Positions 26,964 through 38,252 of a DNA stretch of 64,000 bases are shown here, in pieces (position 1 is the stretch's first letter; each line of letters starts with the position of its first letter). The position numbers and the translations under genes are program-made. The notes beneath the pieces are model-generated. The model was not told the DNA's origin, did no database searches, and saw only the letters and a program-made list of their open reading frames with translations. This DNA is from Octopus sinensis (lineage: Eukaryota): contig NC_042997.1 in the NCBI RefSeq assembly GCF_006345805.1, positions 42,718,001 through 42,782,000 of the forward strand, read 5' to 3'.

Positions 26964-29801
26964 TGTGTATGTGTGTCTGTGTGTGTGTGTGTGTATTAGC
27001 AATCCGTATAAAATTGCGTCAATGACTTGAACTTGAATAAGTGGTTTCACATAAATGGGGATAAATTAAAAAGGTTTGTTGTTATTATTATTACTGTTTG
27101 ACTATTGTAATCATGTTTGTTGGTTCCTCGTCAGGGAAACGTTGTGTTACATTTTTTAAATAATTGTAAACCGTAACCCTCCCCCTTTCGGAGAAGGGGC
27201 TTTGGTTATTGTTTAAAAATTGAATTGTGTCCCTGTTTGGGGAAATTGACAATATTTTCACCGTCTTTACGGAAGCATTTTTGTTAAAATGCCTTCGATA
27301 GAAGAAAGTCCAAAAATGAATTTCGCTGCAGCCGTACAGTTCTATACAAGAGAGAGGACAAGATCCAATTGATCGAAATTGCAAGAGATGCGCCTACAAT
27401 TCCAGTCTGTTATATATTTTGAGTATTGTTATCGCTAGCGATATCAAGATATAACTTTGTATTTTATGTGTAGATGTATATATATAGATGTACATGTAAT
27501 ATGTACACATATTTATACACATATATACATTCATAATATATCTACCCATACACACATACGCACGCACACACACACACGGAAAATGGTCAGAGAGTGTACT
27601 TCACCGATGCTAATGCTTCTCTGTTAGCAGAGGAACCAAGGGATAGCACACTCACTGCATTCTTCAAGCTTTGTCAAGTGGATCCATTCGCTCAAACCTT
27701 GCTGTATTCACAGATTCCATCGTACTACACTTGGAATGGAAAAAAATGGGCCCATGGAAAGCAGGTCAAAATGTTCATGGATACCCTGGCATTAAGTTTC
27801 ACACTTGCCTTGGGCAAATATACATAGTGCATCCCACTCTACTACTGCATGAGGTCAGAGGGCCAACGTCTTTCCAGGCCCTAAAAACCGTTCATGGATA
27901 TGTCTGCACAACATACAGAGAGGCCTGCTATCGACAAGGTCTGTTAGAAGATGGTGCACAATGGGATGCAACTTTAGGAGAGGCTGCTTTATCACCATCA
28001 GGGCACTATTTGCAGTATTACTACAGGCCTGCGAACTGTGTGATCCGGCCACTCTATGGCTCAAATATAGAGACAACCTGGCTGAAGAATTTCAGCGCCA
28101 AGCTCAACTGCTCTATCCTGACATGGAGGGTATCAGCAATGAAATCTATAACAAAACACTCATTGACATTGAAGACAGAATTGCTAAACTGGGTGGAAAT
28201 GAATTGTCGACGTATGGCCTGCCACAAGCATTCAGGTCAGGGTCAAATAGCCTTCCCACTGCTATCATTCGTGAAACAACTTACGACACTCAAGCGCTTT
28301 CAAAGTACATTGTTGAAAATGAGCCTAAATTACTTCCGGACCAGCTGCAGGCCTACAGAACTATTCTTAACAGTGTACGCCAACGCAAGGGACGAATCTT
28401 CTTCCTCGATGCTCCTGGACGGACAGGAAAAACATATATGACAAAGCTTCTCCTTGCAGAAGTTAGGCAGCATCAGGACATTGCAGTAGCTGTAGCTTCC
28501 TCTGGCATTGCAGCTACTTTGTTACCCGGTGGCAGGACAGCACACTCAACTTTTAAACTCCCTCTCAATTTAGCAGCATCCGAAATGCCTTCATGCAACA
28601 TCAACAAATGCTCAGATCATGGACAAGTACTTAAATTGTGTCATCTAATTGTCTGGGATGAGTGCACTATGGTTCACAAGGGAGCTTTGGAAGCATTAGA
28701 TAGAGCCCTGAAAGACATCCGAGACTGTCAGGCTCCAATGGGAGGTGTAACGCTTCTGTTGTCAGGTGATTTCAGGCAAACTCTTCCTGTCATTCCGAAA
28801 GGCACTAGAGCTGATGAAGTTCAAGCATGCCTAAAGTCCTCTACCCTGTGACATCATGTTACAATCCTCAGTCTCACCACTAACATGAGAGCTCAGCTAC
28901 ACGGCGACAAAATGTCCACAAAGTTTGCACAGGACATTTTGACACTTGGTGAAGGCAAGATGCCTCTCGATGCTGCAGGACAAATGGAAGTGTGGTCATT
29001 TTCCTCTGTTGTTAATTTTGTAGATGACCTCAAAAACAAAGTCTTTTCCAACTTCACACAAAACTACCAAAATCACAATTGGCTGTGTGAAAGAGCAATA
29101 TTAGCTCCAAAAAACGTCGCTGTTAACAAAATTTATCAACAGCTAATGCATTCTCTTCCCGGTACTATACACACTTACAAGTCTGTTGATACAATTCCAG
29201 ATATAAATGAAGTTGTGAACTATCCTCCAGAATTTCTCAATTCACTGGAGCCTCCTGGACTACCTCCACAAATATTAGCACTTAAAGTTGGAACTCCTGT
29301 AATGCTACTCCGCAATCTGGAACCACCAAGACTTTTCAATGGAACACGACTGGTGATAAAGAAAATGATGTCACACGTTATCGAGGCGACCATTCTTTCT
29401 GGATGTGGAAAAGGTGATGTTGTCTTTATTCCAAGAATTCCTCTTACACCATCAGGAGCAGAAATTCCATTTACATTCAGAAGACTGCAATTCCCCCTTC
29501 CTGTCAGCTTTGCCATGTCCATTAACAAATCTCAGGATCAAACCCTCTCTGTAGCTGGTCTTCTCTTGGAAGAGCCCTGTTTCTCGCATGGGCAACTGTA
29601 TGTTGGCTGCTCAAGAGTAGGAACCAAAAGAAACCTTTTTGTATATGCTCCACAAGGAAAAACAAGGAACATTGTTTACAACGAGGTGTTATAATCTCAA
29701 CAGCCAGGAGGTATATACATGATCCCCTTTTTTTAAACAAACTTCATGTACTTTCATGTATTTATATTAATATACATATGTGTGTGTGTGTATATGTGTA
29801 T

Positions 29802-29849
<48 letters not shown>

Positions 29850-29907
29850 CAGAAAAGTCTAATTCTTCAATTGAATGTAACCGGGCAACGTCGGGTATCT
29901 CTGCTAG
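26539..29907 (+). mobile_element. Helitron, internally deleted (non-autonomous)
   Basis: A|TCTATATATATAAAA 5' end; subterminal hairpin CCGGGCAACGTCGGG and CTAG|T 3' end; AT target site; carries the PIF1 helicase half of RepHel. Confidence 0.9.
27579..29694 (+). pseudogene. Helitron RepHel remnant (PIF1-family SF1B helicase; HUH Rep domain missing)
   Basis: ENGQRVYF...TLTAFFKLC, LLLHEVRGPTSF, DAPGRTGKT (Walker A), ASSGIAATLL, GRTAHS, IVWDE, GDFRQTLPV, RAILAPKN, FAMSINKSQ, HGQLYVGCSRV, KTRNIVY; frameshifts and an in-frame TGA at 28849. Confidence 0.92.
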
Positions 29908-30228
29908 TATAAATAAGAGCAGGAAAAATTCCATCAAAATAATCATCACATCATACACACACACACACACACATATTTTTAAGAAAATAAGAAAGTAGAG
30001 AGATAAGGCTATAGATATACCATTACATTTTCATGTTGCAGTGTGTCGAGTGTCCACAGCTCCTAGATATGTTATGTATTCTGCTGAGCAGTGCTATTGA
30101 TCATTTCAGGATGCCCAATTAGTAAAATCCCAAAACAAATATTTTAACCTGATTAGTGTAAAACAGTACATAACGTCTGACATTTTATATGCATAGAATA
30201 CATCGAAATGGCATAATGAATTACTTAC

Positions 30229-30338
30229 TGATTAACATGCCGACACTGATCGGAATATTCAGACATGTTAAGAACTTCAAGCAACTTTTCTTCTCCGCTT
30301 GGTGTAAAAATGCCGCCTGGTAATTTTAATAAAAATTT
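30229..30338 (-). CDS. RhoGAP gene exon
   Basis: tttacag|AAATTT...AATCA|gtaagt; 110 nt, phase 0 to 2; KFLLKLPGGIFTPSGEEKLLEVLNMSEYSDQCRHVN; resembles the KDFLRNIPGSIF segment of ARHGAP20 (from memory). Confidence 0.9.
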
Positions 30339-31380
30339 CTGTAAACAACAAAAAAGAGATACTTTCTTAAGGGAACCATTTTCAGATAATTATTCAAGTG
30401 AAATTCTATTACATAACACAATACACAAACATATACTCATAACACAGATATATTTAATGTTTCATGAGTGAAACAGATAGACAGGAGCTGTTAGAAGCTT
30501 ACTGTGTGTAAATATATATTGATTCATTTTGTTCATTTTTCTGTATTCCCATGCTAGCATGAGTCACATCATCATCATTTAGCATCCATCTTCTGTGCTG
30601 GCATGGGGTGGATGGTTTGACAGGAGCTGGCAAGCCAGAGAACTGCACCAGGCTCTACTATCTGCTTTGGTATACTTTCTATGGCTGGATGTCTTTCCTA
30701 ACGCCAAACACTTTATAAAGTGTACTGACAGCTTGCTTTTCATGGCACCAGTGAGGTCACCAAGTCACTTGCAAGATCCCTCAACAGCCAAAAGTGATCA
30801 GAGACTGAATTATGATAAAGGGATAGAAACTGGTTTCTTTCTGTAGAGGAGATGCATGGTTTTCTGAGAGGGGGAGAAAAGGGGGTTATGAGTGTGTGTG
30901 AGAGAGAGAAAGATGGTGGCGATGTGCCAGGACATATCTTTATGGTACAAGGAGGTGAATGTAAAAGGCATGATAGAGGATTGCATGAGAATGCAAAGGG
31001 GGACAGGGAAGGGAAAGGAGACTGCAGTGAGGGGCAAAACTCAAGTACATAGGGAGGCAACAGGATAGCAATGATACAGTTGGCAGGGGGAGGGAGAGGA
31101 CAGGACAGGAGAGAGAGAGATGACATGTAATGTGGGGGTGGAATATGCAGTGCATCCAGGACTCAGCTTTACTATGAATATAAAATTGTGATGGTATTGG
31201 ATGCTCTTCTGTGACTGACCCTTACCAGTTTCCAAGTGAGGGCTCTTCTTTTTCACACAGCTTCAAAAATAGTCAGCAAATAATTTATTGAGAGAAAGAG
31301 GCTACAACAATGTCACCACTAATAAGCTCAGCAATTTTCAGAGAAGGACAAAAGTAAACGAACACAGACACAAACACATG

Positions 31381-31750
31381 TTTATTACACACATGTGAGT
31401 GAGAACACTTCGAGATATTTTTGGTATCTAACATATGTCAGATACTGCGAGCGCTGCTTCTGATTGGTCAATCCATGGTGATGACCCGAGGTCACGGTGA
31501 TGGCACTACTTTTGTCATTCATAAGTTACAACTAAACGTGAAGAATTTAGTTATTGGGTTAATAAAATATGGTCGTTTATTCGTGTGTAATAAATAAAAT
31601 ACCAAACTCATTCCCTATGGATACCGTATTTATTACAACGAGTGGCTTGTAAACGTATCTAACTCGCTTTCGCTCGTTAGATACGTTTACAAGCCACTCG
31701 TTGTAATAAATACGGTATCCATAGGGAACTCGTTTGGTATTCTCTATATA
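31381..31750. mobile_element. Unclassified non-autonomous fold-back element with asymmetric inverted repeats and a long terminal hairpin
   Basis: TTTATTACACAC (31381-31392) / GTGTGTAATAAA (31583-31594); perfect 53-bp arms at 31611-31663 and 31676-31728, plus a 10-bp extension; ends TCTCTATATA. Confidence 0.6.
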
Positions 31751-32909
31751 TATGATGGACCTTTAACAATTTTTAAAATCACAATGTGAGCTGGTTGAGT
31801 TCTCAAATTTTAGTATTGGAACTACAAATTAATGGAAATTATGAAGAATGCTATCCTAATGCCAATCTCTTGAGTCAAAGTCGTACCTATACTCAGCTTG
31901 ACTACAGCATTTAACTCTTTGGCATTTAAACTGACCACATCTGATCCAAATATTTTACCTGCTTTATCTTCATGGGCCAGATCCAGCCTCTCACCCCTAT
32001 GCTACTACAACACCATTTTAAATATAAATAATCACTTCCTTGAAATCTTAAAGCTATGAGGTAGGACATGATTAATTCAAAACAATGTTAATAAATAAAC
32101 ATTACATTTAACAGAGTAATATGGAAGCTAAAGGGTTATTTAAGGTTAAATATAGCAGAATTTGAACTCATTGCCTTTATATGATGTTGCCATTAAACTG
32201 CTACACATTTATAACATTTCAGATATAATAGACAGGATTACCTAACAACATAATTGGAGAGGAATTAAGAATGAGAAGATGATAATGGTAGGGATCATAT
32301 TACACACACACACACACACAAAATCTTTTAAATGTCAACTACTTAAAGACTCCAAAACAATGTCCAATGAGGTATCACCTTTTGACAGAAACAAAAGTAA
32401 AAGTAATTAAAACAAGGTGGGACTCTAATATTAATGACAGGCTGGTGAATGATAAATCCCCAACATAGTAACAATCTATCAGCCAACAGCCAACAGCTTA
32501 AGCAGGAACCTCAATATACAGAGACAGGAGCCTAACTGGAAAAAGTAAATGCATCAAAAATGTGAAGGTCAAACTAAGCTCTTCCGAAGAATCCAGCTAA
32601 GTTTAGAAAAGTTTCATTGTATTCATAGAAGAGCATAAGAAAGTCAAACTGTTCAAATTAATAACATGAACGGTTCTATTGACAGCATTATGTCCTATCA
32701 AAGACATGACATTTTATAGAGATAATAAAAAGAATACAAATTCAGATTACTTTTAAAAATACACAAAGAATATTCTTTTATTACTCTTCTATTGATTTCA
32801 GCTGTGCCAGAGTACCATAATTTTTGTTTTCGCCTCATCATTAGATGGCCGTTCATATGAATTATCAACATGAAAAATTAACTGCATAAAAGCAAAAATC
32901 AAAAATAAA

Positions 32910-33588
32910 CTTGTGAGTGGATTTGGTAGACGGAAACTGAAAGAAGCCTGTCGTATATATATATATATATATACATGTATATATATGTGTGTGTGTTTGT
33001 GTGTCTGTGTTTGTTCACCTAGCATTACTTGACAACCGATGCTGGTGTGTTTACGTCCCCGTAACTTAGCGGTTCGGCAAAAGAGATCGATAGAATAAGT
33101 ACTGGGCTTGCAAAAGAATAAGTCCCGGGGTCGATTTGCTTGACTAAAGGCGGTGCTCCAGCATGGCCGCAGTCAAATGACTGAAACAAGTAAAAGAGTA
33201 AAGAGTTAAGATTAGGGGTAGGGCTGGCAGTATGGTAAGGAATTTGGCTTCCAGTTACAGAGTTCTAGGTTTAGTTATATTGCATAACACCTTGTGCAAG
33301 TGTCTTCTATAGCTTCAGGCCAACGAAATTCTTGTGAGTGGATTTGGTTGACAGAAACTGAAAGAAACCTGTCGTGTGTGTGTGTGTGTGTGTGCATATG
33401 TGTTTGCTACCAGTGCTTGGAAACTGTGTTGGTTTGTTTATGGCCCCATAACTTAGTGGTCTGACCTACAGAATAAAAACCAAGCTTTTAAAATAAGTAC
33501 TGGGGTTGATATGTTTGACTGAACCCTTGAAGGTGGTGGTCCAGTATGGCCACAGTCCAATGACTGAAACAAATAAAAGATAAAAGAT
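32910..33588 (+). mobile_element. Two tandem family-B SINE copies (truncated younger copy, then older copy)
   Basis: Body and tail at 32910-33206; diverged copy at ~33214-33588. Confidence 0.75.
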
Positions 33589-35167
33589 CTATTATTATTC
33601 AGCCTGTGGCTAAAACAAATAATATCTTTGTTTGCTTCAACACAGCTAAAGCAAATTAATTTAATACATATCTACGAAGTTCTACAATGAAGTTCTTTTT
33701 TTTTTTTAAATAGCACTTCTAGGAAGATATAATTAAATGGACTTGTAAAAATATACATTAATTTGTAGCATCTAAGTTTCTTGCAGCGAATCACAGATTT
33801 TTGTTTTTTTTTTATAAAAAAATTTACATAAAGGTCATGGAGAGAAAGAAGACAGAGTTGACCAAACTAGATGCTTTACCAGAACTAGATCAACATTTCA
33901 CTGTTCTAATTTCATATCCTATTAGAGACAGCTTTTCTTCACATTCTGTGGAAACTGACAACATACTTTTAAGATACTAGAGTCAATTCAAATATCTGTA
34001 CTTCAATCCTTTCAAAAACTGGTGCAGTGTTAAATAATAATAATAATAATAATAAAAAAACTATTTGAATAATGAAATTAACAGTTCTGATATAAAATTT
34101 AAACTTAATCTAGAGTTTAAATTTATTGTCCCTTAATAGCACATAATAGAAAGTGACTCAATCTTTTGGTTCAGAAGTTATTTCAAGACAGAACTGTTAT
34201 TTATGTGAAAGAACCTTGTTAGAACAATAAATCATAAGCAGAAATTAATAGGAAATTTGGCCTATATACTAGAAAAAACAGAAATAGTTGGTAGTTATGT
34301 GGAATATTTACATTAAATTTTTAAATAATTAAATAAGGAAATAAATTTCAAGAGCTAAAAGAAAAAAATCTAAATTTAGATTGCTAAATTCATAAGAAGC
34401 ATTTAGTTTGGCCTATATACATGATAGATTAGAAGAAAAGAAAAATATTTGGTAGTCATTTTGAATATTTATGCTTTTTTCATGAATTGAATCATCATCA
34501 TTTAACGTCTGTTGTCCATGCTGGCATGGGTTACCCAGTTTGACCAGGGCTGGTAAGCTGAAGGGTTTAGATCTGAATATGGATATAAATTTAGATTGCT
34601 AAATCATGTTGGTTTTTTTCTAACAATATTAATTTTATAATATCATATTTACTGTATTTTGCAGCATGGAAGATACTTTTTTTGTAAAACAAAAAAATTA
34701 CCTTGAAAATTACCATAAACTTTTTAACCACACAAGATGATAAATTCTATCTACATTATTTTGTTTGCTTCCAACTTTATGGTTTCAGCTTCATTCTCAC
34801 TGCATGGCGTCTTGGGCAAGTGCTTTTATACTATAGCATTGGGCCAATGAAAGTTGTATGGTAGATGGAAACTGAAAGAATTAGTCATGTGTGAGTGTGT
34901 GTGTGTGCCTCCTCATCTTGAGAACCAGAAGTCCCTCATTTCGAGTCTTCCATGAAGAATATTTGGCCATGGGGAAATATTACTTTGCTTGGAAACAAGT
35001 GAGGGTTGGTGATGCAAAGGGTATTTGGCCAGAGAAGCAAATTCCATTTGCAAGCATCAAACCAAGAATGATGATCATGATTTTAAATGATTTGTACATA
35101 AGAAAATCTTATGTAGAAACACTCAATCACGTTATTTCTTATTGGATGCAGAGTCACAGTTTTTATA

Positions 35168-35612
35168 ATCATCATCATTATTTAGCGTCCGTTTTCCATG
35201 CTAGCATGGGTTGGACGGTTCGACCGGGGATCTGGGAAGCCAGAAGGCTGCACCAGGCTCCGGTCTTATCTGGCAATGTTTCTACAGCTGGATGCCCTTC
35301 CTAACGCCAACCACTCCGTGAGTGTAGTGGGTGCTTTTTACGTGCCACCTGCACTGGTGCTAGGCGAGGCTGGCATCGGCCACGGTCGGATTGGTGCATT
35401 TTACGTGCCACCTGCACGGAAGCCAGTCGAGGCGGCACTGGCTTCGGCCACGATTCGGATGGTGCTTTTTACGTGCCACCGACACGGAAGCCAGTTGAGG
35501 CGGCGCTGGCATCGGCCACGATTTGGATAGTGCTTTTTACATATCTCCAGTCCAGGGGTCCTGGCATCTGCCGGGTGCCAGTCATAGGATTGGTTCAATT
35601 TCGATTCTGACT
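35168..35612 (-). mobile_element. RTE 3'-UTR-type repeat (second subfamily)
   Basis: (CAT)n tail; GGTGCTTTTTACGTGCCACC units. Confidence 0.8.
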
Positions 35613-36362
35613 TGTACAAAACACTGCTTCTAGCAACTTTGACAAACAGATTCTGCTTTAACTTCACAATTTAGGAGTAAATAGCAAAAAGGGCAACCAT
35701 CAACATATAAAAAAACAAACTTGCAAATTTCTAAACTAGCAAGGAGAAAACTGATATAAAGACAAATGTCTATTATTTCACCAAATATTTTAAATATCTC
35801 CCTAGTTATTAAGGGAAGAACATTTCACAAATATTTTGAATTACATGATTCAACAATACAACAAACTATCAACAGAGCGAAATAATATGAAAGAAAGGAT
35901 TTTTAGAACATCCAAATGATGGCGTAAACAATTTTTAAAAACAATGTGATGTGACCTTTCAAAAATATTTGAAGTTTAATGCAGTCACATATTTATGAAG
36001 ATTAAAAAAAAGTAAATAATAAGAATAATGACACAACGGGTGAGGTTGAATAGCAAACAGAAACTTATCATTTTTTGTCAACAAATTTTAATAACTTATT
36101 AAGTTAAATGCGATACAATTGTTGATTTCAAGCTTTTGGATCAGTGACTTCATAGTCATAAGTTCAAACCTTATGTAACTCTTGTATGCTCAAGAATAAA
36201 GTAAATAACTGTATACTTTATTTGTTGTGGCTAATTGACCATAAGTTCCTATTTAGCAGTAGGATGGTGTTTCTATCATAAAAGCAATTTCTCTAAAGAT
36301 GAAAAAAAAATCCTTCAACTGAAATGATAAAAGAGAAAAAAATTAAAAATTAGAACCCTTAC

Positions 36363-36524
36363 CTTGACTACAGATGCCAGAGTATAAAAGTTATAATTGG
36401 TAAATATCACAGGTTTTCCTTCTTCTAAGCGCTTGACAATCCGTCGGGTATCATAAGGGTTACCTGGCCTCCGAAATAAGTCAGTTGTTGTGACACCTTC
36501 TTTGGCAATATATACAAGGAGATC
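36363..36524 (-). CDS. RhoGAP gene exon containing the arginine finger
   Basis: taatag|GATCTC...GTCAAG|gtaagg; 162 nt, phase 0-0; DLLVYIAKEGVTTTDLFRRPGNPYDTRRIVKRLEEGKPVIFTNYNFYTLASVVK; LFRRPG matches the G[IL]FR arginine-finger motif. Confidence 0.92.
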
Positions 36525-36592
36525 CTATTAAAAAAGGGAATGTTTGATGTAATAAACGAAGATTGTACAAAGAATTTTGAATTTGGTTATTA

Positions 36593-36820
36593 TTACTCTT
36601 TACTCTTTTTACTGGTTTCAGTCATTTGACAGTGGCCATGCTGGAGGACTGCCTATAGTCGACCAAATCGACCCCAGGACTTATTCTTTATAAGCCTAGT
36701 ACTTATTCTATCGGTCTCGTTTGCTGAACTGCTAAGTTACAGGGACGTAAACGCACCAGCATCGGTTGTCAAGTGATGTTGGGGGGACAAACACAGACAC
36801 ACAAACATATACATACACAT

Positions 36821-36898
<78 letters not shown>

Positions 36899-37487
36899 TA
36901 TATACATATATATATACATATATAAATTAACAATTGAGGATAAAATCTTTAAAAGAAATTATCAGTAGTCAGCGTGAAAAACCTCGTAAGAGAAAAAATC
37001 CGTAAATTCTAGGGTACTACTATTCGTAGATACCAACACGCTAAGAGGGACCAATGCGGTCAAAACTACTAAAAATAAACAAAATTTTACCGAATGCAAA
37101 ACTTCAAAACACATCATTTTAAAAAACACATCATTTTAAAAAACTGAATTCTTTTTTAAAATGATGTGTTTTGAAGTTTTGCATTCGGTAAAATTTTGTT
37201 TATTTTTAGTAGTTTTGACCGCATTGGTCCCTCTTAGCGTGTTGGTATCTACGAATAGTAGTACCCTCAATATAATATATACATATATATATACATATAT
37301 ACATATATATATACATATATATACGACGGGCTTCTTTCAGTTTCCATCTACCAAATCCACTCACAAGGCTTTGGTCGGCCCGAGGCTATAGTAAAAGACA
37401 CTTGCCCAAGGTGCCACACAGTGGGACTGAACACGGAACCATGTGGTTCATTAGCAAGCTACTTACCATACAGCCACTCCTACGCCT
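36593..37487 (-). mobile_element. Family-B SINE interrupted by a palindromic insertion in its (TA)n tract
   Basis: Tail from 36593, head ends at 37487; foreign sequence at ~36925-37270. Confidence 0.85.
37011..37267. repeat. Perfect 116-bp inverted repeat with a 25-bp spacer
   Basis: 37011-37126 is the exact reverse complement of 37152-37267. Confidence 0.92.
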
Positions 37488-37820
37488 ATGTTTCTTATCT
37501 GCTAACTGACATTTGTTTATCTTGCTTTTATATCAAGTAGAGATATTGAATGTTTTGAGATGCCTGTACACTCAGACACACAAACATCTTAAATTTACTG
37601 CATCAGTATATTTATATAATCAAATCGACATAAAACAGCATATAACAACTAATGTGTAATACCAAATACCAAAATATTCTTCCCCAAGCTGTCCTCTGAA
37701 AAATGATTAGCAAATTTAGAATTAATTCATTCTCAACATAAGTAAAGAATGCAACCATTCCTACTTGCTATACTCTTACAAAACAATAAAATCTAAAACT
37801 ACATAAGATTTATTACTTTA

Positions 37821-38252
37821 CTAGCAGCATAGCCCAGCGTTGCCCGGGTATGTAAGAGCCCCTAGTGGGCAACAACTAATCCCAATCTAGTTCTTTCCCT
37901 CTAGGGAACGAAGGCGCATGTGTAGGTTGCAATGTCTTCTCTTCACTCGAATACTTCTGTGTATACGATGTTCCTAGCTGTCCCTTTGGGTGATAAAAAG
38001 GTCGAGTTGTGTCCCCTAGACAGAAAATGTGTTGCATATAAAAAGCTTAGATTCTCGACCCCATGTTGAATTTATCGATTTTTTTCAGAACTGGGGGAAC
38101 TTTTCAAAATTTTCGCTGCGTTAGTTTTGAATTGTGACATTGGGCTATGTGTGCGTCAAGTTTAATTAGAATCGGTTGAAAGCCGGGGTCAGGGTGAGGG
38201 TACAACCTGACAGACACACAGACAGACAAACTGCCGTTTATATATAGAGAGA
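37821..38252 (-). mobile_element. Non-autonomous Helitron (same family as 12383-12899)
   Basis: Same termini and hairpin (CCCGGGCAACGCTGGG...CTAG); the internal segment differs. Confidence 0.85.

Noticed and set aside
27961-29694. Host PIF1 helicase gene
   Set aside because: Intronless, disrupted, carries Helitron-specific motifs and lies within TC...CTAG termini.
37035-37075. Second hammerhead (CTAAGAG-GACC/GGTC-AAAAC)
   Set aside because: Both core segments lack essential G residues and no stem I or stem III can be drawn.
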